Part shown: piece after piece, positions 27,441 to 41,154 of the stretch
How positions within the stretch are numbered: the stretch's first letter is position 1
How the letters are laid out: each line of letters opens with the position of its first letter
Assembly: GCF_018977255.1 (NCBI RefSeq)
Contig: NW_024704743.1
Coordinates: 75,952,001-76,016,000, forward strand
Reading direction: 5' to 3'
Length of the DNA: 64,000 bases
Source of the DNA: Callorhinchus milii
Lineage: Eukaryota
Made by a program: the position numbers and the translations under genes
Notes under the pieces: model-generated
What the model saw: the letters and a program-made list of their open reading frames with translations, nothing else
The model's database searches: none
What the model was told of the DNA's origin: nothing

Positions 27441-30400
27441 CACATGAGCTGCCTCATCTTATTCCACTCTTTTGCTTGCTCCTTATACCTTTTATGTCTG
27501 GACTTTACCTCAACACCAGTTTATGGCAGACAATTTGATAATTCAACTATCCTCTGGGATTATTGTAATTAGTGATGATTTAACTACACAAAAATTGAGC
27601 ATAGAGGGGGTGAGGAAACAGCTGATGGAGGTATGTTGTATTTAACTGAAATAAAAATGTGGAGGAGAACGCAAAACAGAAATTAATCATTGCATGAAAT
27701 TAGCTAATTAATTATTCAATTAATTTTGATCTATATTTTGTCTGCTTTTTTCTATTTATGTAACATTCCAGAGAATCGTGAATTTGGCCAATTCGTAAAT
27801 AAAGTTTTTGTTTTGAAGCCGGTTTTCCATAAGTTTATTTTAAGAACTGCAGGATCTAAATTCCACATAATCCTCTCTCAACAAAATAATTCCTTAAAGT
27901 TGTGGAATTTTGGGGGGAAAATATAAGATATATTTTGTTACATAACATCCTGATTAACAGATGGGGTTTGGAACAGAATTATTTTCCCCATTCAAATGAC
28001 ATTTTTTCCAGTGCTAGTGCTGATTTATTAGTTGCTCTTGTCGTTAACAAGCTACAATCTACAATGAACCATCATTTGCAGATTAGGCAGCAGATATGAT
28101 TGAGTGCTGTTACCCCAAGTTAAAGCTAGTTTCAGATATGAAAGTCTCTGTGCAGCCCCCCTTCTCAGAGATTTTCTTTCAATTTAGCACAGAGGAGACT
28201 TTTACTCCAACTCACTTATGGTCTTTAGAAGCCGTTGCAATGTATCAAGTAACACTTAGGCACCAAAATGCTATTGTTAACACTGTCTCACTGCATAAGT
28301 TTTAATGTGTGACATATACAGAATATATGTTCACAATTTACAAAGCATTCGGTGGGGGGAAGGGGGGAGAGAGGAAAGAATAAACTGAGTCTCAGTTCAA
28401 ATTACCAACTTCTGAATGTAGCCAATTTGAAGATCTGCTAAAGCTTTGAGATAACATCTGCCATGACTCGATCCAGAAAAGACCAGAGCGAATACTCTTT
28501 TTCAACATAACTCACCTGATCAATAACAATATTTATACATGTGTAGCAGTTTTGTAGGAGGCAATAGAAAGAATAATTAGCACTCATGAGCAGGTCATCA
28601 GTTTCCTTTAAAATGTTTGGAGGTACTTGGGCGCCAATGACTACTTCATGTCTGAGTGCTCAGGTCTTGGATGCCCCACGTGTTAATTCTGCCAGTGTTT
28701 ATTTTCTAATCCTCACCACCACCCCCCGCCCCCCCCTCAACTATACCCCTACTGACTGGAACAATTATGCTCCAAAAAATGGCATTTCCCCAGCAACCAG
28801 GACTGATGGCCACTCTCAACACTGGCACTCAAAATCGACAATTTTCTGTCGAAGATGCAGTTGATCGATTTTGATTTTGAGGAAGGGCCCCACACCAGCA
28901 GGGAGACAGTTGCAACATATCCACTGCATTGTGCGTCAGAGGTCCTCAGAGACAACCCTTCTCCACCTTCTTCAAGTGTCAGCTACACGCTGAAGTTGAC
29001 CAAGAGGATAAGCTACACCAACTGACTGCTCTGCTCATGCCCTACTATCTTTAACTTGATTAACTTGCTCCTTCACAAACATCACATTACATAAATACTG
29101 GTACATAACGTGTTGGAAAGGTACAGAGCTGAAAAGATCATGCCTCACTTGTTCCAGCTGGAGGCGATAAAATGCCTTCAAGGAACTACTGCAGATTCAC
29201 AATCTATTGATGCATACATTGATTGCAGCTGTTGGGGAGAGTTTCATTCTTAAAGTTTATCCATTTATGGTCATTGTTCTGAGGCAAGTTAATATAACTA
29301 TGTATTTGCTTAATATGTACAAATTTGGCCATGCTTTGTAAGTGACATCGATACGTAGGTACAATGATATTAATGGCATTGTTTTCCTTTGATTAACCAA
29401 CAATGTATTACCTTTGCAATAAACTTTCATGTGTTAAGCCCTTTCAAATGTGGAAGAGATTTTGGTAAATACTTTACATTTATGCATTCAAGTACTTTCT
29501 ATATGCTAATAATTATCTATATTTTTTGCTAATTCCATTTGCCTAAACTGTGCCTTTAAGAATCATTATTTTTTTCAGAGGTTTGATGAAGTCAAATAAC
29601 TCCATGACATCTGCGTACACTTTTCAAACCATGTTGTTTTGTTCAGGACGACTATGCAGGAGATAAACAAGCTGGTTTGCTCTTTGTGTGAAGGACACAT
29701 AGGCAGTGAACATGGCTTCCGAAGCAAACGAAGCATGACCTGACTCATACTTCACTAGTTCCTGACCAGGTTGAAATGACTATCTCCAGCCTTTGGCAGC
29801 TCCTCCCTATTGTTTGGTTGCTGGGGGTGGGACCTTGTTAATCTCATTAACTGAGGACCCCTCAGATGCCATGCTGTAATTGTCTGTGCCACTTCCCACA
29901 AACTGGTAGTTTCTAGAGAAGATGTAACCTCTCCTGGATTATTTCAGCGCTACAGAACTAGCGCATAGAAAAATACACTAACTGACATCAACCCTTTCGA
30001 TGCTTGGCTCCTGGAATTTCAGGACCACACATTCCTCCCCACTAATCTTCACATTACTGATATCAAGAATTTAGAAATTTTGAAAATATTATATTGAAAA
30101 GGATTCTTCAAGCTCTCCTGTTCCTATGGGGACATTGTGTACACCTGTTATGTAACCAAAGAAAACACATTAGGTTGGATGGTAGTGTGCACTCACGCAG
30201 AAGTCTCACAACATCAGGATCTACTTGGGAAGTGTCTGTCAACCAGTCTAAAAGTCCCTGTGCAGAAACTCCCTACGGAATACACACTAGCAACTGCACT
30301 TCATGCTGTTCTGGAATAGAAGAGAGAATGAAAACAAGAAGATCTGAAATAGGGTGATAACTAACTAAAACAATGCTAACAAACTAAAAAAAAGACAATA

Positions 30401-30697
30401 CACCCACAGTCAAAGAATACCAGGGGAAATAACTAGTCTCTTCCCACAATCCCATTGTCTAAAGAAATGTTTCTATTTCTGAAACGGAAATAAAACATGT
30501 ACACATCAACTAAGCAATAGTCTGATTAGGAAATATTTATGCAAAATTATATTTTTCAATAGTGTAGATACAATGGGTCAATGCATCCCTTTTGCATAAA
30601 AATGTGTTTGCTTCCGTAATGAGCTACGGCTGAATACACTATACATAAGACTATAACACAGTTGTGATGTTTTAGTCCAAAAGTTGTGGCCACAGTT

Positions 30698-31045
30698 TAT
30701 AATAATAATAATCCTTGCATTTGATATAGCACCTTATCACATCACTGAGATGTTTCAAAGAGCTTTGCAAAGTGAATTGACAATATATTTTGTGGGCGAA
30801 ACACAGCAACCAATTGCACACAACAGTGTCCCACATACAGTCATAGATTGAGTGAGCAAATTTTTTTTTGAAGGGATTATTACCCTCAGAAAAACGATGC
30901 GCCAATAGACTAACAACTGGTTCCTACTTACTGGTAGGTAAACAGAGGCATGTGGAGTAAGGAAACTTGCCTAAAGTTTTGCACTGCCCGGGAATCGAAC
31001 CAGGGTCCTCTTGCTTGTGACCAAGTGCTCTTACCACTATGCTAC
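30698..31045 (-). mobile_element. tRNA-derived SINE, long variant
   Basis: Carries the extra CTCTGTTTACCTA..AGTAAGTAGGAACC segment. Confidence 0.88.
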
Positions 31046-31084
31046 AGTTTTTTAAAGCTGTGGTTTTCGTGCTATCAATTCAAG

Positions 31085-31634
31085 TTCCTTCAGTGAGTGC
31101 ACATTCCCATTGGACCATCCACCTGTCCATCAATCCATCCCCTGCTCTCATCCTACGAATAGTTCAGGTGGGTCCGGAGTATTTCAGGTTCCCTGCTAAT
31201 GATAGTACAGGCAGCCCGGCTCATCAGCAGGACCAAGGCCAGACCAGTCACTGGGGCCAGGGAATCATCCCGTTCAGCTCCTGTTAGCCCTGCAAGCCAA
31301 AGCACTAACAGGTCGGGTGGTCCTAGCTGGGAAAGCAGCAGGAAAGCTTGTCAGATAGCTATGCGGCTTTAGCTGGTTAGACTCCAGCACTACCCCAATG
31401 CACTCTCTGGGACCCCCAAGCCTTGGCTCTTGCCAATCTGCACCTAGTAGTTTCCGGAATTAGGTAAACTGGATGCATCCCTCCAGGGAGAGAGTGCGCA
31501 TTCCATTCCAACAATCCATCTCTGGGATTTCCATGTATAAGTGGGATGCATGGAATCCTCAATTTGATTTGGATACTCTTAGCATGGTGACGGATTTCTG
31601 CATGTGTTGGCCATCCAGCTGAACCCCCAAAAAA
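31085..31634 (+). repeat. Unclassified interspersed repeat copy
   Basis: Colinear with 57200-57645; ends in CCCCCAAAAAA. Confidence 0.85.
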
Positions 31635-33782
31635 GCACTCACAGTAGTCATTAAAAATTCCAGCAACTATAAAAAGTTGCAGTGTGTTAAAAGTTGCAGT
31701 TTCTGCAATAAAATTGCAGCCTGCAATTTTCTTACAGCATAAACTATACATGATTAAATTGTTACCTTATGTTATTCTCATTTGAATCAAATGATTTTGC
31801 ACCTTAAAGTATGTATGCAACAAATCAAAAATTGTGTCCTGAGATCGTTTACATCTACCTGAGCATGCAGACAGCATCTCAGTTTAATGCTTCATTGGAA
31901 AGATTATATCTGTACAATAAGTGAATCTGACATAGTCTGGTCTACATATACATAAAGAGATGTAAACATAGAATGAAAGAATAATCCACAGATATACACA
32001 CAATGAGGTCAGTGAGTGACGCATAGCAGAAATCGGACATAGTCGTAGAGATGGGCAGCAGGAATTAAAGCATTGCAGAAAGACAAGCAAGGATAGGCAC
32101 ATAGAAAAGGGGGCAGACAGACAGACCATCTTATAAACATGACTTGAGCAGAAGAAATAGCAAGAGAAGCAGATAAATAGAGAATAATGTTCACAATTCT
32201 CCACTGCCATAAAGCGACCAGCAGATGGAGAAATAGTAAAATGTCTGGAGACATGTAATAAGCATGAGGATTTTTTGATTGTCAGTAAATTTACCAACCT
32301 TGGCGGTGTAAGTTACAGTGGGAAATGTAGCGGCAATTGGAAAAACAACTCCAAAGATATGCACTGCCATATTTGGAGGTGGCAGATGGAAAGAAGGGAA
32401 ATGTATTGTACAGATCATCAGGGCAATAGGACAGAATAGCAGTGAGGGTGGAAACATTGGGGAGGACAGGTTACCCAGCCCTCAATCAGATATTCCAAAC
32501 CCCAAAAGGACACCTAAATGGGCAAATATGCAAAAGCAGGACAGACAATTACTCAATAGGGAAAAAACTCAGAAAATAAGCACCAGCATCACCAAAAACA
32601 TTGGAAATCTTCAAAAGAATGTATCACTGATTCACTCAAAACTATCAAATGAAAACTAAATTTCACACAGCTTTACAGTCACAGTTTAGTTGTACAGCCA
32701 TTTAAAGTGTTGATCTGAGACAAATGTTAATGATATGAATCCTATTGGGGAATTTTGAAACTTGTTTACGCAATACAATTTACATTCATATAATGCCTTT
32801 CACTGAACTCTAAACTTCCTTGTTGTTGCATTGCAATAAAAACAAAATTCTGCATTTATATGGCCCCTTCCACACTAAAACGAGTCATGAAACACTTGAC
32901 AAACTGAGAATTTGTTTATTCAATCCATGACTGTTTGTGGGACATTGCTGTCCACAATTGGCTGCCATGTTTTGCCCACAAAATATACAGTCAATTCATT
33001 TTACAGTATAGTTTTTAAAGCGCTTTGAGATGTCTCAATAATGTGATAAGACATTGCATCAAATTGCAAGGATTGTTATTATTATTATAATAATTTGAAA
33101 TGAAGTGAATGTTGTATGTAGACAAACAGAACAGCTAATCTGAGGCAGCAAATGATAATAATAGTAAAGTGTCATGTACAACTTTAAACAGTGTAATGTG
33201 CTTGTGCTGGCCCTCTGAATGATATCCATTTCCTCTCATTTCCTGGCCCTTTCCCCACCACCTTCATACTTTTACTTTTTCAAATACTTGTCCGATTTTA
33301 TATTTAAAAGCTACAGGTATTATAAATTCAACTTCAATCAATGTTTTTGGTAAGATATTATGGAGTGAAATGGAATATCAGAGTTGAGTCAATCCTCTGT
33401 GGCGGTCTCCTGTAGATTCTCTGTCTATTGACATGAATACTGTATTGCAAACAAGTACTCTTTCCCAGTTATCTTAATTATAGCCAAACGTCTTCGGGTA
33501 AAACTCTAAATCCAACAAATACAATTATTACAACAAAGCGATGGAAACGAGCTTCTTCCACTGACGAATATTTATGGGTTAACTGAAATGCTTTTATTTT
33601 GTGTGAATGATGATTGACATCTTCTGATATCACTCGCATTAGTGACTGCACCAGACCAATAAAAATGCATTTGATAATATTGGCAAGTGCCAGCTAGTCA
33701 GAAACACACACTGTAACAGCTGCCAGGCAGTCACTGACATGGGGAGCAGCAGGACACAGCAGAAACACCACCTCAAAGAACA

Positions 33783-33918
33783 TAATAATAATAATAATCC
33801 TTGCATTTGATATAGCGCTTTTCACGTGGAAACTTGCCCAAGATTTCGCCCTCTGCCTGGAATTGAACTCAGGTCTCACTTGCAAAGCGAGTGCTCTAAC
33901 CACTGAGCTACAGGACAC
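33783..33918 (-). mobile_element. Short SINE (head joined directly to tail)
   Basis: Central body is missing. Confidence 0.85.
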
Positions 33919-34339
33919 CATGAGCTATGGGTTGAGCAATCCCACCACATCACTGGAGAACTGGAAGGAAGAATGTTCTTCCCCCCAAACAAACTTCTTT
34001 GGTTGAAGTATCAGTTCTTTCCCACGTTGGGAAATTCTTGCTGTGCTTTACTCTCTTTTACATTTCATTTTCTCTCTCCCTCTCAGTCGTGTCTCCCCCT
34101 CCAACTCTCCCATGTAACCCTTTCTGTCGCTCTGGTCCCCATCTGCTTCGTTCTTATTCTTTCAATTTCGACCTATCTCTGTTCTCTCACTCTCTCACTC
34201 TCTCTTTCTCACTCACTCCTTCATTTTTCTTTTTTTCGACCTAATTTGTTCTTTCACTCACCCCACTTACTCTCTGTGTGTGTTCCCCCCCCATCTGCTC
34301 CCTAAATCCAGTTACATCTTCTTGTACGTTTTCTTCTTC

Positions 34340-35040
34340 ACACTCACTCCTTCTCCCTCTCTCTCTTTCTCTCTCCCCCCATCTCCGTCAGGTTCCCCGC
34401 CCTCTCCCCCACTGTCTCTCTCTCTCTCTCTCCCCCCTCCTCTCTCTCTCTCTCTCTCCCCCCTCCTCGCACTCTCTCTCTCTCCCCCTCCTCGCACTCT
34501 CTCTCTCTCTCCACCTCCTCCTCTCTCTCTCTCTCTCCCCCTCCTCGCACTCTCTCTCCCCCTCCGCACTCTCTCTCTCCCCCTCCTCGCACTCTCTCTC
34601 TCCTCCCCTCTCTCTCCCCTCTCCTCTCTCTCTCCCCTCCTCGCTCTCTCTCCCCCCTCTCTCTCTCTCCCCCCCCTCTCTCTCTCCCCCACCCCTCTCT
34701 CTCCCCCCCTCTCTCCTCCCCCCCTCTCTTTCTCCCCTCTCTCCCCCCTCTCTCTCCCCCCCCTCTCTCTCTCTCCCCCCCTCTCTCTCTCCCCCTTCTC
34801 TCTCCCCCCTCTCTCTCTCCCCCTCTCCTCTCTCCCCCCTCTCTCCCCCCTCTCTCCCTCTCCTCTCTCTCCCCCCTCTCTCCCCCCCCTCCTCTCTCTC
34901 TCTTACCCCCCCTCTCTCCCCCCCTCTCTCTCCCCCTTCTCTCCCTCTCCCCCCCCTCTCTCTCTCTCCCCTCTCTCTCCCCCCCTCTCTCTCTCCCCCC
35001 CCCTCTCTCTCCCCCCCCCCCCCCTCCCCCGCACTCTCTG
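34340..35040. repeat. C/T-only low-complexity tract ((CT)n and Cn)
   Basis: About 700 bp that is almost purely pyrimidine on the plus strand, with recurring CCCCCTCCTCGCACTCTCTCT units. Confidence 0.95.
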
Positions 35041-35074
35041 CGGAAGTTGCGGGACGTTGGGCTTTGACACTTAC

Positions 35075-35399
35075 AGACGCCTTCCCCGAAGCTCCGGGGA
35101 ATGGCTGAGACGCGGTCCCGCTGTGGTGCCGCCGCCGCCGGTGGTGCCGCCTCCTCCCCTCTCAGCACCTCGGACAGCGCTTCCCGGGCTCTCAGGCTGT
35201 GGCGGCTGAGCTCCAGTGCCAGTCCGCTGCGGATGGTGTAGCTCCAGCGCTTGGCTCCCGCTGCCGCTCCCGCTGCCGCTCCCGGGGGCTGGGGCTGGGG
35301 CCGGGACCCCGGGGAGCCGGGCTCGGGGCTCTGGTGGCCGGAGCTCACCTGCACCACGTTGTTCTTGGACCTGTTGAGAGTCGAGGTGACGGACCCCAT
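35075..35399 (-). CDS. PDE1C: GC-rich first coding exon (108 codons + 1 nt, MGSVTSTLNRSKNNVVQVSSG...RSFGEGV), probably the distal alternative first exon of PDE1C
   Basis: CpG island, ATG at 35399 in GGAATGG context, open frame to a GTAAGT donor at 35074. The gene name rests on vertebrate synteny (PDE1C-LSM5-AVL9, same orientations). No PDE catalytic exon is in the window. Confidence 0.6.
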
Positions 35400-35525
35400 T
35401 CCCCCACCTCCTCCCCACCACCACCACCTTCCCCCCCCCCTCCCGCCCCCCGGGCTGTGGAGGCGCCTTCCCCGCCGGTACCCTCCTCTGCACAGCGCCA
35501 GGCGACTCCTACTCACTCCAACCAA

Positions 35526-35550
35526 CCACACACACACACACACACACACA
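35526..35550. repeat. (CA)n microsatellite
   Basis: Visible directly upstream of the 35399 ATG. Confidence 0.9.
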
Positions 35551-36477
35551 GGCGCTGCTGTGCGCCGGGTTGAGGCAGAGATGTGTCCCCGGGTCAGTGT
35601 GGTGAGGAGCAGCACTCTGCACTCAGTCACAATCAAACATCTGCCAACATCTGGTAAGATGGTGGAACAGGCTGGATGGGCTGAATGGCCTCCTGTCCCC
35701 CCCCCCCCCCCCCACTCCTGTGTTCCACAAGTCAGTCGTTTTCCCTTCTCGAAAAGAAATGGACCACCCAAAAGGGCAACCCCACAGGGCAAAGGCGGTC
35801 ACAACCAACCACACAAGTGATTGTTGTGTTAGTTTTCCACTTCCCTCTGGGATGGGACCGCTGGTACCCAGACTTGCACTCGCATGAATGTTGCTGGGAG
35901 ATGAAACCTGATCAAAACTGGTGCTTTTCAAACACTCTGAGCGAAGAGCCGCCAATGAAAATCCAGCGGCTCGAGGGCAACCCCTGAAGTGTTCTCTGGC
36001 CAAAAGTTCTCTTCCTCCTTCTTCAACTAAAAATAGCAGCTCTCAGACAATTGCTCTCTCTCACAGCACTGTGCCAACTTTCTCACAGGACATGTGCTGT
36101 CCAATTGCTGCCATCCAATTGCTGTCTGGTTGTGTTTGCCCACAAAATATACAATCAATTCACTTTACAGTACATTCTGTGAAGAGCTTTGAGATGTCTT
36201 AATGATGTGATAAGGCGCTATATCAAATGCAAGGATTATTATTATTATTAATGCACTGTAGTCATTATCTTCTATTTGCGAAACATTATTGTGCTCAAAT
36301 TGGCTGCCACATTCTCCTACAAATACACAGTACCGTAATTCTACAAAATGTTAAAGTAAATTGTTGCTCAGATTATTTTGACAAATTCTTCAACAATAAT
36401 GTCATAAATAATAATTCTTGCACTTGATATAGCGCCTTATCACGTTGATGAAATGTCTCAAAGCACTTCAGACAAAA

Positions 36478-36826
36478 ATAATAATAGTAATCCTTGCATT
36501 TGATATAATGCCTTATCACATCTTCGCTTCAAGACGTCTCAAAGTGCTTCACAGAATATACTGTAAAATGAATTAACTGATATTTTGTGGGCGAAACACG
36601 GCAGCAGTGTTCCACAAAAACGTTGTGGATGGAGTGACCAAATTATTTATTTGTTTATTTATTTAATTTGAAGGGATTAAGGGATTATTACTTCCGGAAA
36701 GCAATTCGCCAATCGACTAACAATGGGGTTCCTACTTACTGCTAGGTAAATAGAGTAAGGAAACTTGCCAAACATTTTTCCCTGACTGGGAATCAAATCC
36801 AGGTTCTCTCACTTGCAAGGCGAGTG
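36478..36826 (-). mobile_element. tRNA-derived SINE, long variant
   Basis: Same family, flanked by extra tail fragments in both orientations. Confidence 0.85.
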
Positions 36827-38049
36827 TGCCCAGCTCAGGTGTCCAGCCATCAGCATTAAGTGCTTTGGGACCTCGTCCTGGTCTGAAGGTGCTACATAAA
36901 TGTATAAATGTAAACTGTATTGTAACTTTGTAAAGCACTTTGAGACGTTTCAACATGATAGGAGCTAAATCAAATGCAAGGATTATTATCATAAAATTCT
37001 AAGATCTTTGAATTGTAAAATAGAGACACTCACATCAATGTTTAATGATGTCATGTAAATGTAGAATGCAACAATATGTACGTATTGAATCTGAAAATAT
37101 ACTATAATTCCACTGATCCAACTTCCAATTAACTCAGCAGCAGCTTTTTCTAAACTAATCTACATGATCCCTGAACAATTTTGGTTTATAATTACAGACT
37201 TCTAGGTACCAAAGCCTTTTTGTGTAAACTAATTCTCTGTATTCAGAGCAGTGTGATAACTGAAATGTAATATATGTGTACATAATTTAATAATTCTTCA
37301 CCATTAAATTATTTTCTCATTTAGTGCAGTGTGATGTTATTTGTATAATTGACACTTAAGCATTCCTTCAACTATTTCCCACATGAAACAGTTTACACCA
37401 TAAACAATGCACAGCCTTCAATTGACACTTGGAGATGGTATCATTCTTGTTGCATGGAACATCCTGTTTACCATAGAAATGTAGTTCATTAAAATCAGTG
37501 AAAATCTACAATATTGAAAGAGTAAAGCAGTCAGGAGATGTGCCAAACCACATGCTCAGCATCTCCCTGACAGTATAATGGACCAATTTTGACCTCATTG
37601 TTTCAATACACATTTAGTGAGAAATTTCATCTGAGTCTAGATTTACTCTAATTTGAGAAGGTCCAGATTAGTCAGATTCTTAAATCCAGTCTTTAATTTT
37701 GAAGCAGTATTTTTGCAAGTTTTTTTTNAATAACTACAGCAAACAGGCTCTAACGTTGAGACTGAATTCAACATTTTACCAAATTCTGCACACTCTGAAA
37801 AGTCACATTTATTGGAACATTGTAGAAATTCCACTTCAGTCTCGAGTTACTCTATGTTCATAGCAGTAAGCTTTACTGATTATAGAGAAAGGAACAGTCA
37901 TCTGTTTACTCACCTTGGACACTGTCTTCCACAAGTTCATGGAGGCGGTTGCAGTTTACAGCTGTATGGTTATCAATATCATTTATTACAGGTAACATCC
38001 TAATCTACTCTTCCTCCTCCAGGCGTGACCCCAGCTCCACTGATAGTTT

Positions 38050-38346
38050 ATCCATTTGCTTGTCAGCCATCAAGCCTATATGAGCGCTAACTTCCTACAG
38101 TTGAATGTTGACAAGATGGAAGCCATACTCCTTGGTTCCCTTCAACATCTTCTCATCTGCGCCTCTGACTTCCTAAACCTCCCTGGCCTCAGACTCACCA
38201 AACAAGTGCACAACCTAGGCATCATGTTCGATCCTCAGCTTTTCTTCCTACCCCACATCCCTGACCAGGATCGCTTTCCTTCACCTCTGCCATGTCGCCG
38301 CCTCCAACCATAACTCACATTCAAGCCAACCAAAACCCTAATCCAT
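38050..38346 (+). mobile_element. Degenerate L2 fragment
   Basis: NFLQLNVDKMEAIL...NLGIMFDPQL. Confidence 0.75.
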
Positions 38347-38637
38347 GTGAAAGTTTCTCCCAATGTTCTGGCCAACAATTCCTCAGATAAAAATGAGTCA
38401 TTCACCAAATGGCTATTTGTGATCTATTGTGGTTGCAAATAAATTGTCACGTTCACCTACAAATGCACAGTTAATATACTTTACATAAGCTATGTGAAAT
38501 CCTTTGACATATGCTCAATGTTATAGGTGCTATATCAGATGCAAGGATTTGTATTATTTGGGGGTTAAAGCACTTTACCACGAGTCGGCAATGGTCACTG
38601 TAGATAATTACCACGTGAACATGTCACACGTCGCACC

Positions 38638-38749
38638 ATAATAATAATAATCCTTGCATTTGATATAGCGCTTTTCACGTCGGGAGGACGTCCCAAAGCG
38701 CTTCACAGAACACACTGTAAAGTGAATTGACTGTATATTTGTGGGCGAA
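38638..38749 (-). mobile_element. 5'-truncated young SINE
   Basis: Essentially identical to the 3' 110 bp of the 12562 copy. Confidence 0.85.
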
Positions 38750-39760
38750 AATAATGGGACATTTTTTAACCAATACTTTCTTGTCCAAAGACACATTCAC
38801 ACATTCAGTTGAAAGACTCACATTACATTGAATGTAGTAGTATAGTACAATACAATTTACATTTATATATTCTCTTTCACACGGGGAGGACATCTCAAAG
38901 TGCTTCACAGTACTGGATGAGCATCCGAGCTGGGGATGGGAGCTGAGGGGTGGGGGAAACTTCAGAGAAGACAGTCTGTCACTTATTGGTTTCCTTTATT
39001 ATTCTAAGCAGGGCTAATTCCTTCTTTTGTTACAGGACCAAATGAATTTTAGGGATTCCCTCAATAATGCATGAGTGGAATATGAGTCAATAGGAGCTAA
39101 CCGCTTTTGTCATCTGGGGCCATTGCTATAGTGAGCTTTGTTTTATAGTTTACAGTTTGAGTAGGAAAACAGCAATTTATTTGAATTAAAGTAGACTAAG
39201 TGACTGCTAACTTTACACTTGATCCCCTGAGAGGCACAGCAACAACGGCAAAAGAAGTGATTGAGATGTCAAAGAAAACCATGCGTCAACGAACTACATC
39301 ACGAAACCTCCCATGATGACGGAAATTGTAAAGTTATTTCACTGGCTACAAAATAATAATAAATAAAATAATAATACTTACATTTGAGAACTTCCCAAAG
39401 TGCGTCACAGGATTTTACTGCAATGTGCAGTGACTGTGTATTTGTAGAGAAATAATGCAGCAAATTTGCACACAGAAATGTCCCACAAACAGCCATGAAG
39501 TGCATGAGGAATTTTATTTGAGGGATTATTAGCCAGGACAATGGGAGAAATTCCCATGGGATCTTAACATTCACCTGAACATCCAAGTATGCTTTAATGT
39601 CTCGTTTGAAGGACGGCACCTCCAACAATGTAGCACACCCCTGACAGTATATTGGAATGTCAGCCTATGATGATATGAGTCCCAAATCCCGACAGAACCT
39701 TCTGACTCAGAGGTGAGAGCAAGAATGACCCCAAAATAATTGTGACTTACGTTTTATTGA

Positions 39761-40053
39761 AATAATAATCCTTGCATTTGGTATAATGCTTTTCACGTCT
39801 TCTAGGCATCTCAAAGCGCTTCACAGAATATGCTGTAAAGTGAATTGACTGTATATTTGTGGGCGAAATGTGGCAACCAATTGCACACAGCAGTGTCCCA
39901 CAAACAGTCGTGGATAGAACAGACCAATTTTATCATTGTTTTTTTTCTTGAGGGATTATTATCAGGTATGCAGGTAGAGTAAAGAAACTTGCCCAAGGTT
40001 TCGCCCTGCAGGGAATCAAACCCAGGTCTCTATCCATTGAGCTACAGGACTCC
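39761..40053 (-). mobile_element. tRNA-derived SINE
   Basis: Family match. Confidence 0.85.
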
Positions 40054-40704
40054 TGCACAATGAAATAACACAAAGAATCCAGGTTATGGATATCGTGAAT
40101 TGGGCCAATGTCGGGAATGCCACCAAACAAACAAATGGGTTCAGCCGCCAGGCAGGAAAGATCACAGATGGTGGGCCACAAGAACAGAAATAGATTATTC
40201 AACAAACTCTTTCACTTTTTTGGGACTGCAGGGTGCTTGAAAAGGATTAGTCAGTAAATTAATCTTGTACGTGTTTTCGTTTCAACTTAATATTGACTAC
40301 CAGATCTTTGCTGTTTGAACTTTAGGCAAGAGCTGGGTGGCCCGTGGGATACATTTCTTCATGCACAAAAGACTGCCTTGCAATACCAGCCCCTGAGTTA
40401 TACTGTGACATACTGCCCCAACTAATGTCCATCTGTTTTCTCTTCATAAAACTTGTATCAGAAGGTTGTTGGTTAAAGCCTCATGTACCCCATGTAAAAA
40501 TGAGGCTGCATTTTCAAAAGTTTGCCTGGCAGTTCTTTCCCCATTCCCCATCATTTTACAGTTATTTGTGATAATGTTTTGTATCAAATACAAGTTCTCT
40601 ATTTAGGAAAAATACGCATCACCAATATGTGGAGCACCGCTACAAGGCACATTACATCAGTAAACACTACTGTATCACATATCAGCACAGGTACAGAACT
40701 ATCT

Positions 40705-41007
40705 GTGGAGTGCTGTAGCTCAGTGTTTAGAGCGTAACCTGAATTCAATTTGTGGCAGGGCGAAACCTTGGGCAAGTTTCCTTATTCCACACACCTGATA
40801 ATAATCCCTCAAAGAAAATAAACAAAAAAAATAATAAATTGGTCACTTCAATCCACAGCTTTTTGTTGGACACTGTTGTGTGCAATTGGCTACCACATTT
40901 CGCCCACAAATATACAATCATTTTACTTTACAGTATATTTTGTGAAGCACTTTGAGACATCTAGAAGACGTGATAAGGCACTATATCAAATGCAACTAGT
41001 ATTATTA
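40705..41007 (+). mobile_element. tRNA-derived SINE
   Basis: GTGGAGTGCTGTAGCTCAGTG head through to the tail. Confidence 0.85.
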
Positions 41008-41154
41008 TCTGACTAAGCTAGCGCAACACCAGCATGACAGCACTTACTAAGCACAGAAGATAGATACATCATCCCCCACTATTTCTTTCAAACATTTTGG
41101 AAACAAACACTGTGCCAGAAGACTTGAGGGTGGATAATCTAACACCTTTCTTCA

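Noticed and set aside
34278..35209. Long Pro/Ser/Leu and Gly/Glu/Arg ORFs (276-482 aa)
   Set aside because: These are translations of C/T low-complexity DNA. Only 35075-35399 has exon signals.
37728..37728. Single N in a T-run
   Set aside because: Assembly ambiguity, not biology.
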